A DNA stretch of 64,000 nt from Leucoraja erinacea (Eukaryota): the NCBI RefSeq assembly GCF_028641065.1, contig NC_073384.1:16988001-17052000 (forward strand), read 5' to 3'. How positions within the stretch are numbered: the first letter of the stretch is position 1; each line of letters starts with the position of its first letter. The notes under the pieces are model-generated. The model was not told where the DNA came from. It did no database searches and saw only the letters and a program-made list of their open reading frames with translations. Made by a program: the position numbers and the translations under genes. Positions 39,727 through 52,537 of the stretch are shown one piece after another.

Positions 39727-39917
39727 GTAAGTACAGTCCCAGGATGGGTGGCCCAGTCTGGGTTAGTTTAATCTGCTTTCAAGTTCAATTTACATATTGC
39801 AGTGATGTTTATCTAAGATTTTACAGTTGAATATTTCTGTTTAAAATTGAGATGTTTTGTGTTCTTGGTTGCCTGTGAGAAGGACACTGAAGTGTACTGC
39901 TCTGGAGTTCCTAGCAT

Positions 39918-40340
39918 GCTTGTATACTCTTGAATTTAGAAGGATGAGAGGGGATCTTATTGAGACGTATAAGATTATTAAGAGTATGGACAAGCTGGAG
40001 GCAGGAAACATGTTACCAATGTTGGGGGAGTCCAGAACCAGGGGCCACAGTTTAAGAATAAGGGGTAAGGCATTTAGAACGGAGATGAGGAAACACTTTT
40101 TCACAAAGAGTGTTGTGAGTCTGTGGAATTCTCTGCCTCAGAGGGCAGTGGAGGCTGGCTCTCTGGATACTTTCAAGAGAGAGCAAGATAGGGCTCTTAA
40201 AGATAGCAGAGTCAGGGGATATGGGGAGAAAGCAGGAACGAGGTACTGATTGTGGATGATCAGCCATGATCGCATTGAATGGCGGTGCTGGCTCGAAGGG
40301 CCGAATGGCCTACTCCTGCACATATTGTCTATTGTCTATT
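39918..40340 (+). mobile_element. CR1 3' fragment in intron 1 of gene B, absent from gene A
   Basis: ORF2 end and (TATTGTC)n tail; empty site agcatg|gatatcaatt in arm A at about 9140-9153. Confidence 0.88.
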
Positions 40341-43300
40341 GATACCAATTGTTTTTACTGCTTTGCTAATCGTGGTTTAGAAGTAATCTGAGGCTGTTCT
40401 GATTTATCTCTGAGCAAATTATTTGGCTGAAATATCAGAAAGATGGGAAACACGTGTGCATTCACAAACCATATCTAAAAGAAATGCATGATGCAAATGC
40501 AAGAAAGAGTGGTGATTAAACAGGTGGATGTAATGGAGGGAAGAAAAGTAATGAGATGTGTGAAGGGGACATAATAACGGGAAGTGTTTATTTTTCATAT
40601 GTGGCGGAAGTGGACTGGAGCAATTAAATTCTTACTTGCTTTAGGCACATTAATCTGTACGGAGTTTGTACATTCTCTGTGTGATCATGTGGGAGTATTT
40701 TGGTTTCTTCCTACACACCAAAAACATACACGTTTGTACATTAATTGACCGGTTAAATTGTCTCTGGTGTGTGGGATAATGCTAGGGTACGGGGTGATCA
40801 CTGGTTGGCGCGTACTCAGTGGGCCAAAGGGGTTGATTCCACGCTGTATCTCTATAGTAAAGATTTGTCAGAACAGCAACAACAAGAGCACTATGTTATC
40901 TAACTAAACTAGATGATGATAAAGCATTGTCAAAGTATGTAAAGTAACCACAGTCGTGCAAAGTCTGTTCACGGCTGAGATAGGGTTGTGGTTAGAATGT
41001 ACAAATTAATTCAATTACCTGTTGGTTGATTAGAAAAAGCTGTTCTTGAACCTAGAGATAACAGTTCTCGGGCTCCAGCACCTGCTTCCCAATGATAGCG
41101 GTGAGAAGAGAGTGTGGGCTGGATGGTGCGTGTCTTGACGATATTAGTTGCCTTCTTGAGGCAGCGCTTCCTGTAGTTCCCTTCGAAGATGTGTAGGTCA
41201 GTATCGATGATGGACTGGGCAATGTCAATTGATTTTTGCTGCTTCCTTCAATCCTGAGCATTCGATTTTCGAACAAGGCCATGATGCAACCAGCTAGTAA
41301 CCTATCCACTGTACAATTGTGGAGGTTTGATAGAGTATTGGGCAATGTGCCAAATCTCTTCAAACCTCTGAGGAAGTAGAAGCATAGGTGAGCTTTCTTT
41401 GAGATTGCACCAGTGCGCTGGGCTCAGGACAAACCATCAGAGATGTGAAAGCCCAGGAACATGAAGCCTTTAACTCTTTCTCCATTGCCATTCCACATGG
41501 ACATGTGCATAGTCCCTCTGCTTTCTCTTCTAAAGTCAATAACCTGTTCCTTTTTGTTGCTGAAAAAGAGAGCAAAATTCTTGTTCTGACACCATTCCAC
41601 TAAATTATCGATCTCCCTCCAGTAACCTGACTCAGCGTTGGCCATTACTCATCCAAGGATGGTGGTATCATTGGAGAATTTAAAGATGGCTTTGGAGCTG
41701 CGTCTGGCTCCACAGTCATGGGTAGACAGAGGGTAGAGCAGGGGTTTGAACACACAGCCTTGAGGTGCCCTTGTGCTGATGGTCACTGAGGTTGAGATAT
41801 TGTTGCCAATACACACTGACTGAGGTCCGCCAATGGGGAAGTTGAGCAACCAGTTGAATAGGGTGGAGCAGAGACACCGATCCCTGAGTTTGGACAGGAT
41901 GGAACGCTGTGCCTCAGTCATTGAACAATAGCCTGACGTATATGTTTCTCTTAAAAACAAGTGTGAAGAAATTCATAACTAACGACAATAGATTTTATTA
42001 TCTATAAGGAGAGAGAATATTACCCAGGGGGGAACTATTGGTCCAATAAAGGGATACAGGCAAAAGGCAGGAGGGAAAATAACACAAAAGCCAGGAACAC
42101 TCAGCAGCTCAGCAGCTCAGCGCAGCGGGTGGGGAGAGAAACCAAGTTAGTTTCAGGCAGGTGAACATTCATCAGATTCAATAAGGTCAAACCCAGGCAA
42201 GATTTTCAAATAGATCATGGAAATTACAGATCATGGGGGAAAAAAAAAATCTGTATTCCACTACAAAAACGAAGATTCATCGAGTCAAACAGCCCTAAGC
42301 TGGTCCCATTTTCCCATGTTTTTTCACATCCCTCAAACACTTTCCTATCAATGTATCTGTCCAAATGTATTTTAAATGTTGAATTGTACTTGCCTCAAAA
42401 TGCTTCACATAGCAAACACTATCTGTTGCTCCTCTAATCGCTTTGCATTTTTCCCCTCTCATTTTAACCCTATGATGTCTGTTTTTTTATTACCCTCCCC
42501 TGGGAAAAGACTGTGAACTCATCCTATCTATGTCCCTGGTGATTTTGGACACCACTATAAGATCACCCCTCAATCACCTGTGCTCCAGGAAAAAAAATCG
42601 CAGCTTACCTAACCTCACCCTCTAACTGAGTCTCTCGAGTCCTGGCAACCTCCTTGCAAATAATCTCTGCACTTTTTCCAGTTTAATGTAAATTATCTCA
42701 AAGAAATTCTTTGGCAGAAACATTGGGACACAAACAACTACCTAAGACCTGACCCTTTCCCACCCAGGTTATGAAAAGAAATAAGCAAGCAAGCTGCAGA
42801 CATATTATAATTTATGCATTCGGTAATTATACCCCTGGGTTGGAAAATGAAAATGGTCCTGTGTAATTGTTGTGATATCCTTCCTATTGTGCATTAACCT
42901 CTTTCAATAAAGACTACACAACACATTCCCCCTGTTAACCACTCACTGCCATTGTGTGTTTGCTTTCAGTAAGTGATCCTTTCTAATCAACATTTCCCAT
43001 TCCACGAAAATCAAGATACTGCTGATTCTGCAAACATGAACTAAATCTCAAAATTATGGAAATACCCAGCCGGTCGGAGAGCATCTGTGAAAAGGGAAAC
43101 GGTACACATTTGTGATCAACGATCCTATGTCAGAATTGGGAAAGATTAAAGATAATAGCAAGGAACTGCAGATGCTGATTTATACCAAAGACAGACACAA
43201 AGGTGGGGAATCAGTCAGGGTTGAATCTAACAAGCAGCAAGTGTCAGAAGACCTTGATGGGAGTTGTCTATAGGCATCCAAACTGTTGTGATAATGGGAC

Positions 43301-44996
43301 GAAGGGCATGAAACAGGAAAATAGAGACACACAGAAAAATTGACATTGCAGGAAAAATTTGTAAATTTAATATGTACAGAGACTTTTCTAAACAAACCAA
43401 CAGTTCCACTGTGGAGGATGAATGCATTCCAGGCCCACATTACTCTCTGTGTAAAAAAACTTGCCCCGCACATTAGATTTTCCCATCTTTACCATATTGC
43501 TATACCCTTTATTATCATCATCATCATCATCATCATCAACAGGCACGATGCTTTACAATGCCATGTACGACAGTGATCGCAACTTCTACTGAAATGTGGA
43601 TGGCTGTTGCCTCGCTAGGAGCTCATCCGCCCTTTGACAGGTCTTGTTTTTGGTCCTGCTGGGGGTCCACAGCCCCCAGGTGGGGGAGATGGTTTAGTCG
43701 CCGACTATCCGACCATGGAGCAGGTAGCACGGGATTACATGGTACCAGTGGTGGTGGGAACTCTCCCCGACCTGACAAAACATACCCTTCATGGCTGGAC
43801 ATTTCCACTCTGGGAAATAGGTTCTGACTGACTACCCTATCTATACCTCATAAATGTACATATTTCTATCAAATCTCCTTCAACCTCTGATGTTCCAGAG
43901 AAAACAATCCATTTCTATCCCATCTCTCCCTGCAGCTGAAGTCCATTGCTGCAGGTAGTATTCTGGTCAACCTCCTCTGCACCTTCTCTAGATCTATGAA
44001 CTTGGACTCCAAGATTACTCAATGCACATCAATGCGGTTTAGGGTCTTGCCATTATCTGTATATTCTTCCCTTACATTCAACCTCCCAAAATACAACACC
44101 TCACACTTGCTAGGGTTAAACTCCATCTGCCATATCTCTGCCCATATGATGCTGATCTATATTCCCCTGTATCTTCTGACAGCATTCCTCGCTGTCTGCA
44201 ACTCCTCCAATTTTGGTGTAATCTGCAAACCTACTCACCAGCCCATATACAATTACATGTTGGTCATTTATATACATCACAGACAGCAGAGGTCCCAGTG
44301 CAGATCCTGCTGCACTCCACTGGTCAACTAACTCCAGCCAGAATATCTGCCTTCCACCACAACTCCCTGTCTTCTATAAATAAGCCATTTCTAACTGATG
44401 GAAGTATGGCCATTCTCCCAAAGTGCTACCCCACTGATGCTTCAGTCACTTTCCCGGCCTCATTTCTCAATAAGCGTTCTAATGTTGACAATTTGTGTTA
44501 TGGTAGTAGGGGATTTAAACTTCTCTAGTATTGACTGAGAGTGCTTTAGTGCAATGGGATTAAATGGGGAAGAATTAGTAAAGTGAACCCAGTACAGATT
44601 TTTCAGCCAATACATAGATAGTCCTATAAGTTGTACTGGACGTAATCTTGGGAAGTAAAGATTGGCAGATGGTAGCAGTGCTCCTGGAGCATGGAGACAC
44701 AAGAGATGGCAGACATTGGAATGTGGAACAATAAACAAAATGCAGGAGGAACTCAGAGGGTCAGGGAACCTCTGGGAAAGGACATTGACAGTTGACGTTT
44801 CAGGTCCAGACTAGTCCACAGATGCTGCCTGACAGGCTGGATTCTTCCAGCAATTTTGCTTTTTGTCAATGAATCATGTTGGAGATAGGTGTCATTTTGC
44901 TTTAAGTTTCAAGGCAGTTATGGAATTGGTGCGGAAGTGAAAGTTCTTAATTGGGGAAGCCCGATTTCTATAAGACAGGACCTGGTGGAAGTAGAT

Positions 44997-47729
44997 CAGG
45001 GCTCTCGCTTAACTTTATTTCCCTGTTGCCAGCCGGGCAACCTTGGCAGCTTTTTAGGTTGCCAAATGACATTTTAGGCGGTCATTTAAGACGCGTGACG
45101 CATGCTCGGACGAAGTGCGTAGTTACCAGTCGGAATTATGCTCAATGAAGCATTCACATATTATTTTTGCTTCAAATAAAGTCATAAACTAACATATTCA
45201 CCAATCAAGACATGATATATACCACAATGACATGCAGCAAAGTTATAATACGGTATCTCAACACTTTTTACACATTGCAATTAATGCAATTTTTATTATT
45301 TCTTTCCACTTCCAAACAAAAATGTGGTTGGATTATTCAGCGTATGATCAACCTGCGTCAATAAATCCTGTACCTTGATAACATATATGTGTAACCATGC
45401 ACACTACAGATTGATGCAAGCATGTTTTCTGTGAAGGATCGAAAATTATCATGACATGGCCCTAGCATGGGGCATTATTGCTATTGTTATAGAAACACTC
45501 TCGCTTCCCACATAATTTATCCACAACAAAATATATAGCTTGCAAGGAATTTTCTAAAGGTATTTTGACTATAACCATCTGCCATTACACTAACTAACAA
45601 GAGATGGCCAAAGGACATAAATGCAATAAATGTTTGGTAAAACATTTAAAGGTGTCAAGACGCCACATTACCGGACATTCAGATTAGATGTATGTGGCAA
45701 TGAAGATACCCAGTTTGTAAGCACCATTTAAAAACAAATTGTTGATAAACGCTTTTTCCATCATTCCCACTTCTGAATTAATGTTAAAATTTCAACTGAA
45801 ATATCTCCTGACCAAATTTGTGATGTATGTGACTGACAGTGGAAGTAAAACCTGGATAAATCCAACGTATAGTTGTGAATGTTACTCATTAAATAACTAC
45901 AGTACTGATACTCCATATTAACAGCATTGATTTGCCATTAAGATTATTCTGATAACGTGTGTGGCAATCGAACACTGCGGTTTTAATGTTTCACGTGTTC
46001 ACAATTTAATTGATCTATCTTTATGAATTAAAACAAAAAATAACATTGGGAATTAAAACATATTTGATTGCATTCCGTTATCAAACATAGTCAATGTTAG
46101 CTCTCATCATAGGGTCATCGGGGGGTGTATGAATCAGAGGTGCAGGATGGATAGGGCTGGTGGGGGGGGGGGTGGGGGGTATGGGGGGGGGTGGGTGGTG
46201 GTGGTGGGGGGGGAGGGGGGCTTGAGAAGGCAATCAGTGCTGATCGGATGGATTGAGGCTACATAGGTCTCTTAAAGATAGGGGATATGGGGAGAAGGCG
46301 GGGATATGGGGAGAAGGGGGATATGGGGAGAAGGCAGGAACGGGGTACTGAGTGGGGATGATCAGCCATGATCACATTGAATGGCGGTGTTGGCTCGAAG
46401 GGCCGAATGGCCTACTCCTGCACCTATTGTCTATTGTCTATTGAGGCAGGGTAATTAGTGAGTGTTATTTCAAGTAGGTAAAATTGGGGAGAGAGGGGAG
46501 AGAATGGGGGGGGGGGGGGTCAGTGGGGTTGAATGGGGGGGGGAGCAGTGCAGGATGGATGGGGGGAGCAGTGCAGGATGGAAGGGAAGGGGGGGTCAGT
46601 ACAGGATGAATTGGGGGACCAGTGTTGGATTGATGGGGATTGGCAGGAGAATCAATGCGAGGTGGCTAGGGAGATCAGTGCAGGATGAATAGATGGGGGG
46701 GGGGGGGGGGGGGGGGGGGGTGGGGAGTGGGGGGATGGGATGTCAGTGAGGCAGGAATGGGGATCAGTGTGGGATGGAGAGGATGGGTCTCAGGATAAGG
46801 GGAGTGGAGGGGGGCGTACGAGAGAGACTGAGAGAGGAAGGGGCAGAGGAGGTGGGAAGGAAGGCCAGTGCTCCTCGAACAACACCTGTCAGGCACGGAA
46901 ATCGCAACCAAAATATGGAGGGGACGGCAGACACAATATCTTGGCGGCCGCGCGCGCATGCGCACACACACACACGCGAGGCTTCTGTGAAACGGTAATT
47001 TCAGCTCAATCCAGCGCTAAATGCAGCTCAACTGCCTGTCTCGCCTACAGCCCCATCTCAATCCAGACAGGGCTGTTGGTTAACCTGGCGGGACAGGCAG
47101 AGTGAGCTGGTTTTTGCGTTGGCTGTGGACCTGGGGGCACCACGCCGTCTGACTCCCGATGCCTCTGGCCACCCCTGGGCGTGTGGAGGCTCTCGGGTGG
47201 GTGGGGGGCGGGTCCAGTGGGAGTTCGGCAGCGATTGCAGCGCCGGAGAGCCGGGAACGATCCTGGCTGCGGTGCAGGGCTGCCGAGAGTGTTTTGGCAC
47301 GTCTCCCTCCTCCAATCACATCCCCCCCCCCCACTCTACTTCCGCCTCTGACCGACACCTTCCTCCTCCAAGGGTCTGTTTTGAAAGCGCCGTTGACGGA
47401 GTGGCAGCAGCGGCCGCTAACAGGCCGGGCGGGGTGCGGGAGGAGGAGGAGATGGAGCCACCGTCGCTGCTGCTGCTGCTGCTGCGCGGGGCCCGTGATT
47501 CGCTCCAACCCTCCGTCACGCCACACTTAGCATCTTTTTCACAACCGTCGCCGAAACAAAACGTCACGTTCCTTTTCTCCAGAGATGCTGCCGGACCTGC
47601 GGAGTTACTCCAGCTTTTTGTGTCTATCTTCGGTATAAACCAAGTTGCCAAGCCGGCTCGCCATTTAGGTTGCCTGGCGGCACTTTGAGTGGTCAGTGGC
47701 ACCCAGGCAACCGTTAATTTCGAGCCCTG
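44997..47729. mobile_element. hAT-like non-autonomous DNA transposon with nested repeats
   Basis: Imperfect TIR CAGGGCTCtcgcTTAAC/GTTAAtttcGAGCCCTG, subterminal GGTTGCC/GGCAACC repeats, flanking direct repeat TAGAT. Confidence 0.75.
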
Positions 47730-48955
47730 TAGATAGGTTAGTAGAGTAGACAAGCATTTGGTTGTGGGTAGAACAACATCCAAATAGTGGGAATCTTCTA
47801 AAGTGATATTTGTGCAAATTCAGGGCTTACAGCTTCCTGGAGAAATGAAAGGTAAGGATGGTAGGATCGGGGAACACATTGACCAAAGAGGTTGAAGTTT
47901 TAGTTCAGTTTTTAGTTTAATTCTTAGTTTTAGTTTAATTTAGTTTAATTTTGTTTGGTTTATAGATATAGGGTGGAAACAGACCTCTTGTCCCATGGAG
48001 TCCATGCTGAACATTGATCACCCGTTCACACCAGTTCTATGGGGATCATGACAGAAGCCTCCCCGTGGTGATCCCTGGAAGCGACGACACGATGCACTCT
48101 GTGACGCGTCGGGCGGCAATTCTGTCAACATGTTGGATGACGACAGAAGCCAACAGCGAGCTACAACGTCTGACACATGAACGAATTAACCAGTTCTATG
48201 CTATCCCAATTTCTCATCCATTCCCTACACATTAGGGGCAATTTACAGAGGCCATCTAATCAACAAACCCACACGTCTTTGGGGTATGTAAGTGAACCCA
48301 GAGGAAACCCAGGTGCTCTCTAGGGGAACATGCAAATTCCACGCAGACAGCACTGGAGATCAGGATTGAACTCATGCCTCTGGCTCTGTGAGGCAGCAGC
48401 TCTACCAGCTACACGACTGTGCATCACATTCGAGAAGGTAAAGGAAAGCCTTTAGCAGAAATAGACATATGAAAACAGAAGAGACCCTTGAGTGTTGAGA
48501 GTGCAAAAGAGTACTTTAAAAAGAAATTCGGATTCAAAGGATGGATGAGGAAATATCACTGGCAGTCAAAAATAAGGAGAATCCCAGGGATGTACAATTG
48601 TATACGTGTAAGAGGGTAACCAGGGAAAGTGTAGGAGCCAGGGAATGTGAGGGCTGTTGCTAAATCTGTTGACAGATGCTTTGAAGCTTTTGCATCTTCT
48701 GCCTGACAGGAGAGAGAAGAAGAAGGAATGACAGGAGTGTGAATTGTCTTTGATTATGTTAGCTGCTTTTCTGAGGCATTGTGCAGTGCAGATGGAGTCA
48801 ATGCAGAGGAGGCTGTTCTGTGTGATGGACTGAGCTGCAACTCTGCAAACTCTTGTGGTCTTGGGTAGAGCAGTTCCCTAACTAGGCTGTGATGTATCCT
48901 GTTAGGATGCTTTCTACTTGAATGTGTAGATGTTGGTAAGAGCTGTTGGAGATGT

Positions 48956-49484
48956 GCTGAAGAAGGTCCATCTGTCTCCTCAGATCCTGGTGAACTTCTA
49001 CCGCTGCACCATCGAGAGCATCCTTACCAACTGCATCACAGTATGGTATGGCAACTGCTCTGTCTCCGACCGGAAGGCACTGCAGAGGGTGGTGAAAATT
49101 GCCCAACGCATCACCGGTTCCACGCTCCCCTCCATTGAGTCTGTCCAAAGCAAGCGCTGTCTGCGGAGGGCGCTCAGCATCGCCAAGGACTGCTCTCACC
49201 CCAACCATGGACTGTTTACCCTCCTACCATCCCGGAGGCGCTACAGGTCTCTCCGTTGCCGAACCAGCAGGTCGAGGAACAGCTTCTTTCCGGTGGCTGT
49301 CACTCTACTAAACAACGTACCTCGGTGACTGCCAATCACCCCCCCCCCCGGACACTTATTATTTATTTTTTATTCAAATCGTTTGCTATGTCGCTCTTCA
49401 AGGGAGATGCTAAATGCATTTCGTTGTCTCTGTACTGTACACTGACAATGACAATTAAAATTGAATCTGAATCTGAATCTGAAT
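48956..49484 (+). mobile_element. Rex/Babar LINE 3' end with (GAATCT)n tail
   Basis: FYRCTIESILTNCITVWYG..LLPSRRRYRS..RNSFFP. Confidence 0.85.
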
Positions 49485-50092
49485 TTCCTTAGTTGTCTTC
49501 ATCTGAATCTACAACAGAATCTTACATATTTTAACGGGTCCCTTTCAGAATGGCAGACACCACTAGTGGGGAGCCGCAAGGCTTGGTGCTGCGAGCGCAG
49601 CTATTTCCAATATACTTTAATGATTTAGATGAAGAGATTAAAAGTAACATTTGCAGATGACACAAAGCTGGGTGTCAGTGTGAACTGGGAGGAGGATGCT
49701 ATGAGGATGCAGTGTGACTTGGACAGGCTAGGTGAGTTGGCAGATGCAGTGCAGTTGAATGTGGATAAATGTGACTTTATCCACTTTGGTGTCAAGGGCA
49801 GGAAGGCAGATTATTATCTGAATCAGGCACGGAAATCGCTATCAAAACATGGGGTGGACTGGGGACACACAATTTATTGGTGGCCGCACGCGCATGCGCA
49901 CACTCACACACACACACACGAGGCTTCGGAGGTTTCAGCCGTGGGCCTGTGGAGACCCACTGTCAAATTAAATTTAAGCGAGAGAGGTGGCGGATCGAGC
50001 ACTCGTTGCTGGTGCTCGGTCTGTTCAGCAGCAAGGGTGAGATCAACATCAGACAAGGCGCTAGTGGGGGAGAAAAAGATTCCATACAGACG

Positions 50093-50915
50093 TCAAGTCC
50101 AGTCAAGTCAAGAGAGTTTATTGTCATGCGTCCCAGATAGGACAATGAAATTCTTGCTTTGCATGAATACAGAACATATCAGTGTCCATATACCATTATA
50201 TAAATATATACACACATCAATAAATAAGCAGATAATGGTCCATTAATGTTCAGAGATTTGTTTCAGTTGAGTTTAATAGCCTGATGGCTGTGGGGAAGCA
50301 GCTGTATTTCTGAACCTGGACGTGGCAGTCTTCAGGCTCCAGTACCTTCTACCTGAAGGTAGCGGGGAGATGTGTGTAGCCAGGATGGTGTGGGTCCTTG
50401 ATAATGCTGCCAGCCTTTTTGAGGCAGTGACTGAGATAGATCCCCTCGGTAGTAGGGAGGTCAGAGCCGATGATGGACTGGTCAGTGTTTACTACATTTT
50501 GTAGTCTTTTCCTCTCCTGGGCGCTCAAGTTGCCGAACAAAGCCATGATGCAACCGGTCAGCATGCTCTCTACTGTGCACCTGTAGAAGTTAGAGAGAGA
50601 CGCTGATGTGCTTTCTTAATAATTGCATCAGTGCTCTCGGACCAGGAGAGATCTTCAGAAATATGCACGCCCTAGAATTTGAAGCTCTTGACTTTCTCCA
50701 CCATCGACCCCTTGATATAAACGGGACTGTAGGTCCCCATCCTACCCCTTCCAAGGTCCACAATCAGTTCCTTGGTTTTGCTGGTGTTGGGAACCAGGTT
50801 ATTGTGCTGGCACCATTTGGTCAATTGGTCGATCTCACTTCTATACTCTGACTCGTCCCCATCAGTGATATGTCCCACAACAGTGGTGTCGTCAGCAAAC
50901 TTGATGACGGAGTTA
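50093..50915 (-). mobile_element. Rex/Babar LINE RT and 3' fragment
   Basis: KFADDTTVVG..KTKELIVD..VKSFKF. Confidence 0.8.
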
Positions 50916-51410
50916 GGATCTAAACACGTGTCCCTGGCGATGTGAGGCAGCAGCAATGAACCTGTACCTGCCAGCAGCCACAGCAGACCCTCCGCCTTCC
51001 AGTTAGAAAAGCGCATCCCTGGGGGTGACCCGGCCCTGGTTCCCTCTTCTCATTGGGCGCCGACTCCACGCTGTACCGAATCACCCCCGAGTCAAGTGGC
51101 GCGCTGGCTGGAGGAGAGAGCGAGATGCATGTTAGGCTTCGGCCGTGGGCTGGAATCGGCCCGTTCATGGGCTTTAATCGGCCAGTGGAGGCTTCAACAT
51201 CGGTAGCCTTGATCGCCTCGATGCAGTAGTTTGATTTTATGCCGCAACTGGCACAGAAAGGCCCCGCAAATGGCCCGATTCAGCCCTTAGAAAGCGGCTG
51301 ATAAAGTCCGAATGAGAAAACATGGGCAGGGATTGTTCCCCCACCTCTCAAAGCATGGGGGGGACTTGGACAGGCTTGGAGAGTTGGCAGATGAAGTGAC
51401 TCGGTTCGCA

Positions 51411-51805
51411 TACACTGGAATTTAGGATGAGAGAGGATCTTATTGAAACATATAAGATTATTAAGGGATTGGACATGCGAGAGGCAGGAAACATGTTCCT
51501 GATGTTGGGGGAGTCCAGAACCAGGGGCCATATTTTAAGAATAAGGGGTTGGCCATTTAAAGCGGAGATGAGGAAACACTTTTTCACCCAGAGAGTTACG
51601 AATCTGTGCAATTCTCTGCCTCAGAAGTCAGTGGAGGCCAATTCTCTGGATGCTTTTAAGAGAGAGTTAGATAAAGCTCTTAAAGATAGCAGTCAAGGGA
51701 TATGGGAAGAAGGCAGGATCACAGTGAATGGCAGTGCTGGCCCGAAGGTCCGAATGGCCTACTCCTGCACCTATTGTCTCTTGTTTATTGTCTATTGTCT
51801 ATACT
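51411..51805 (+). mobile_element. CR1 3' fragment (upstream part at about 49530-49820)
   Basis: ORF2 C-terminal homology and tail. Confidence 0.8.
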
Positions 51806-52118
51806 AAACAAATGTTACTAGAAATACTAGTTTTGTTCCTAATATACTGCTCAGTTTAACACAGTTACAGTCAATAAACACTTACATTGAATAGGGTTTA
51901 TCCATTGACATTCAGTGTTTGTACTTTTACCAAAAGGATTGTTGGTCATTTCAGTGCTGAGTGAAAGTGTGGAGCTCAGATGAAAAGAAAATGAGACTAC
52001 AAATTAGGAATGAATATGCAGAAAATTCATAAATATCCATGCTGCCTCATGTTTCAAATTATTATCATTATTTTTCAGGTCATCATCTGTTCTGATCTTT
52101 GTTTATTAAAACCCACAG

Positions 52119-52469
52119 GTCTAAAGGCAAACATATTCCTGATCCAATCCCCAGGAGCTCTGGTGGTGCGTGAAGGTGAAACAGTTGAGATACGGTGTGT
52201 CTTGAACAGCACCAATGTGAATGACATTGTGAACAAATTCGGAGTTCACTGGTACAACTCACGTAATGGAGAAATCAAACTTAGTCTTTCTGATGATGGC
52301 CACATTTACAGGTCACTGGGCTTCTCCGAGCGATTTCAGCTTTCCAGGAACGTCACCAGTAACAGCTACTCACTGACCATCAGAGAGGTGAAGATTGCCG
52401 ACTCTGCTGATTACATCTGTGGCATTTGGGGGAAGATATTTGGAAATGGAACCAAGCTGAATGTAACCA
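52119..52469 (+). CDS. Germline-joined V-J type Ig domain exon of gene B (non-rearranging antigen-receptor-like or germline-joined light-chain-like)
   Basis: Acceptor ccacag|GT and donor ACCA|GTGAGT; 351 nt, phase 1 at both ends. Encodes GLKA/NIFLIQSPG..VEIRC..VHWY..RFQLSR..YSLTI..DSADYIC-GIWGKI-FGNGTKLNVT, with both Cys, the core Trp, the DxAxYxC motif and the J motif FGxGTxL. Confidence 0.92.
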
Positions 52470-52537
52470 GTGAGTATTTAAATTGGTTCTATTTCCAATC
52501 CTAACATCACGAGGAATCATGATGTTATGATGTCACC

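Larger units (their letters stand above)
37250..42560 (+). repeat. Arm B of inverted segmental duplication
   Basis: Reverse-complement partner of about 5090-10750; carries its own arm-specific TE insertions. Confidence 0.9.

Noticed and set aside
47058-47783. Overlapping GC-rich ORFs with a CTG run
   Set aside because: Inside a non-autonomous transposon, with no domain motif or splice support.
52010-52118. In-frame hydrophobic N-terminus of the 164-aa ORF as an unspliced leader
   Set aside because: It is the T-rich intron end before a good ccacag acceptor; a proper phase-1 leader exon exists at 39678-39726.
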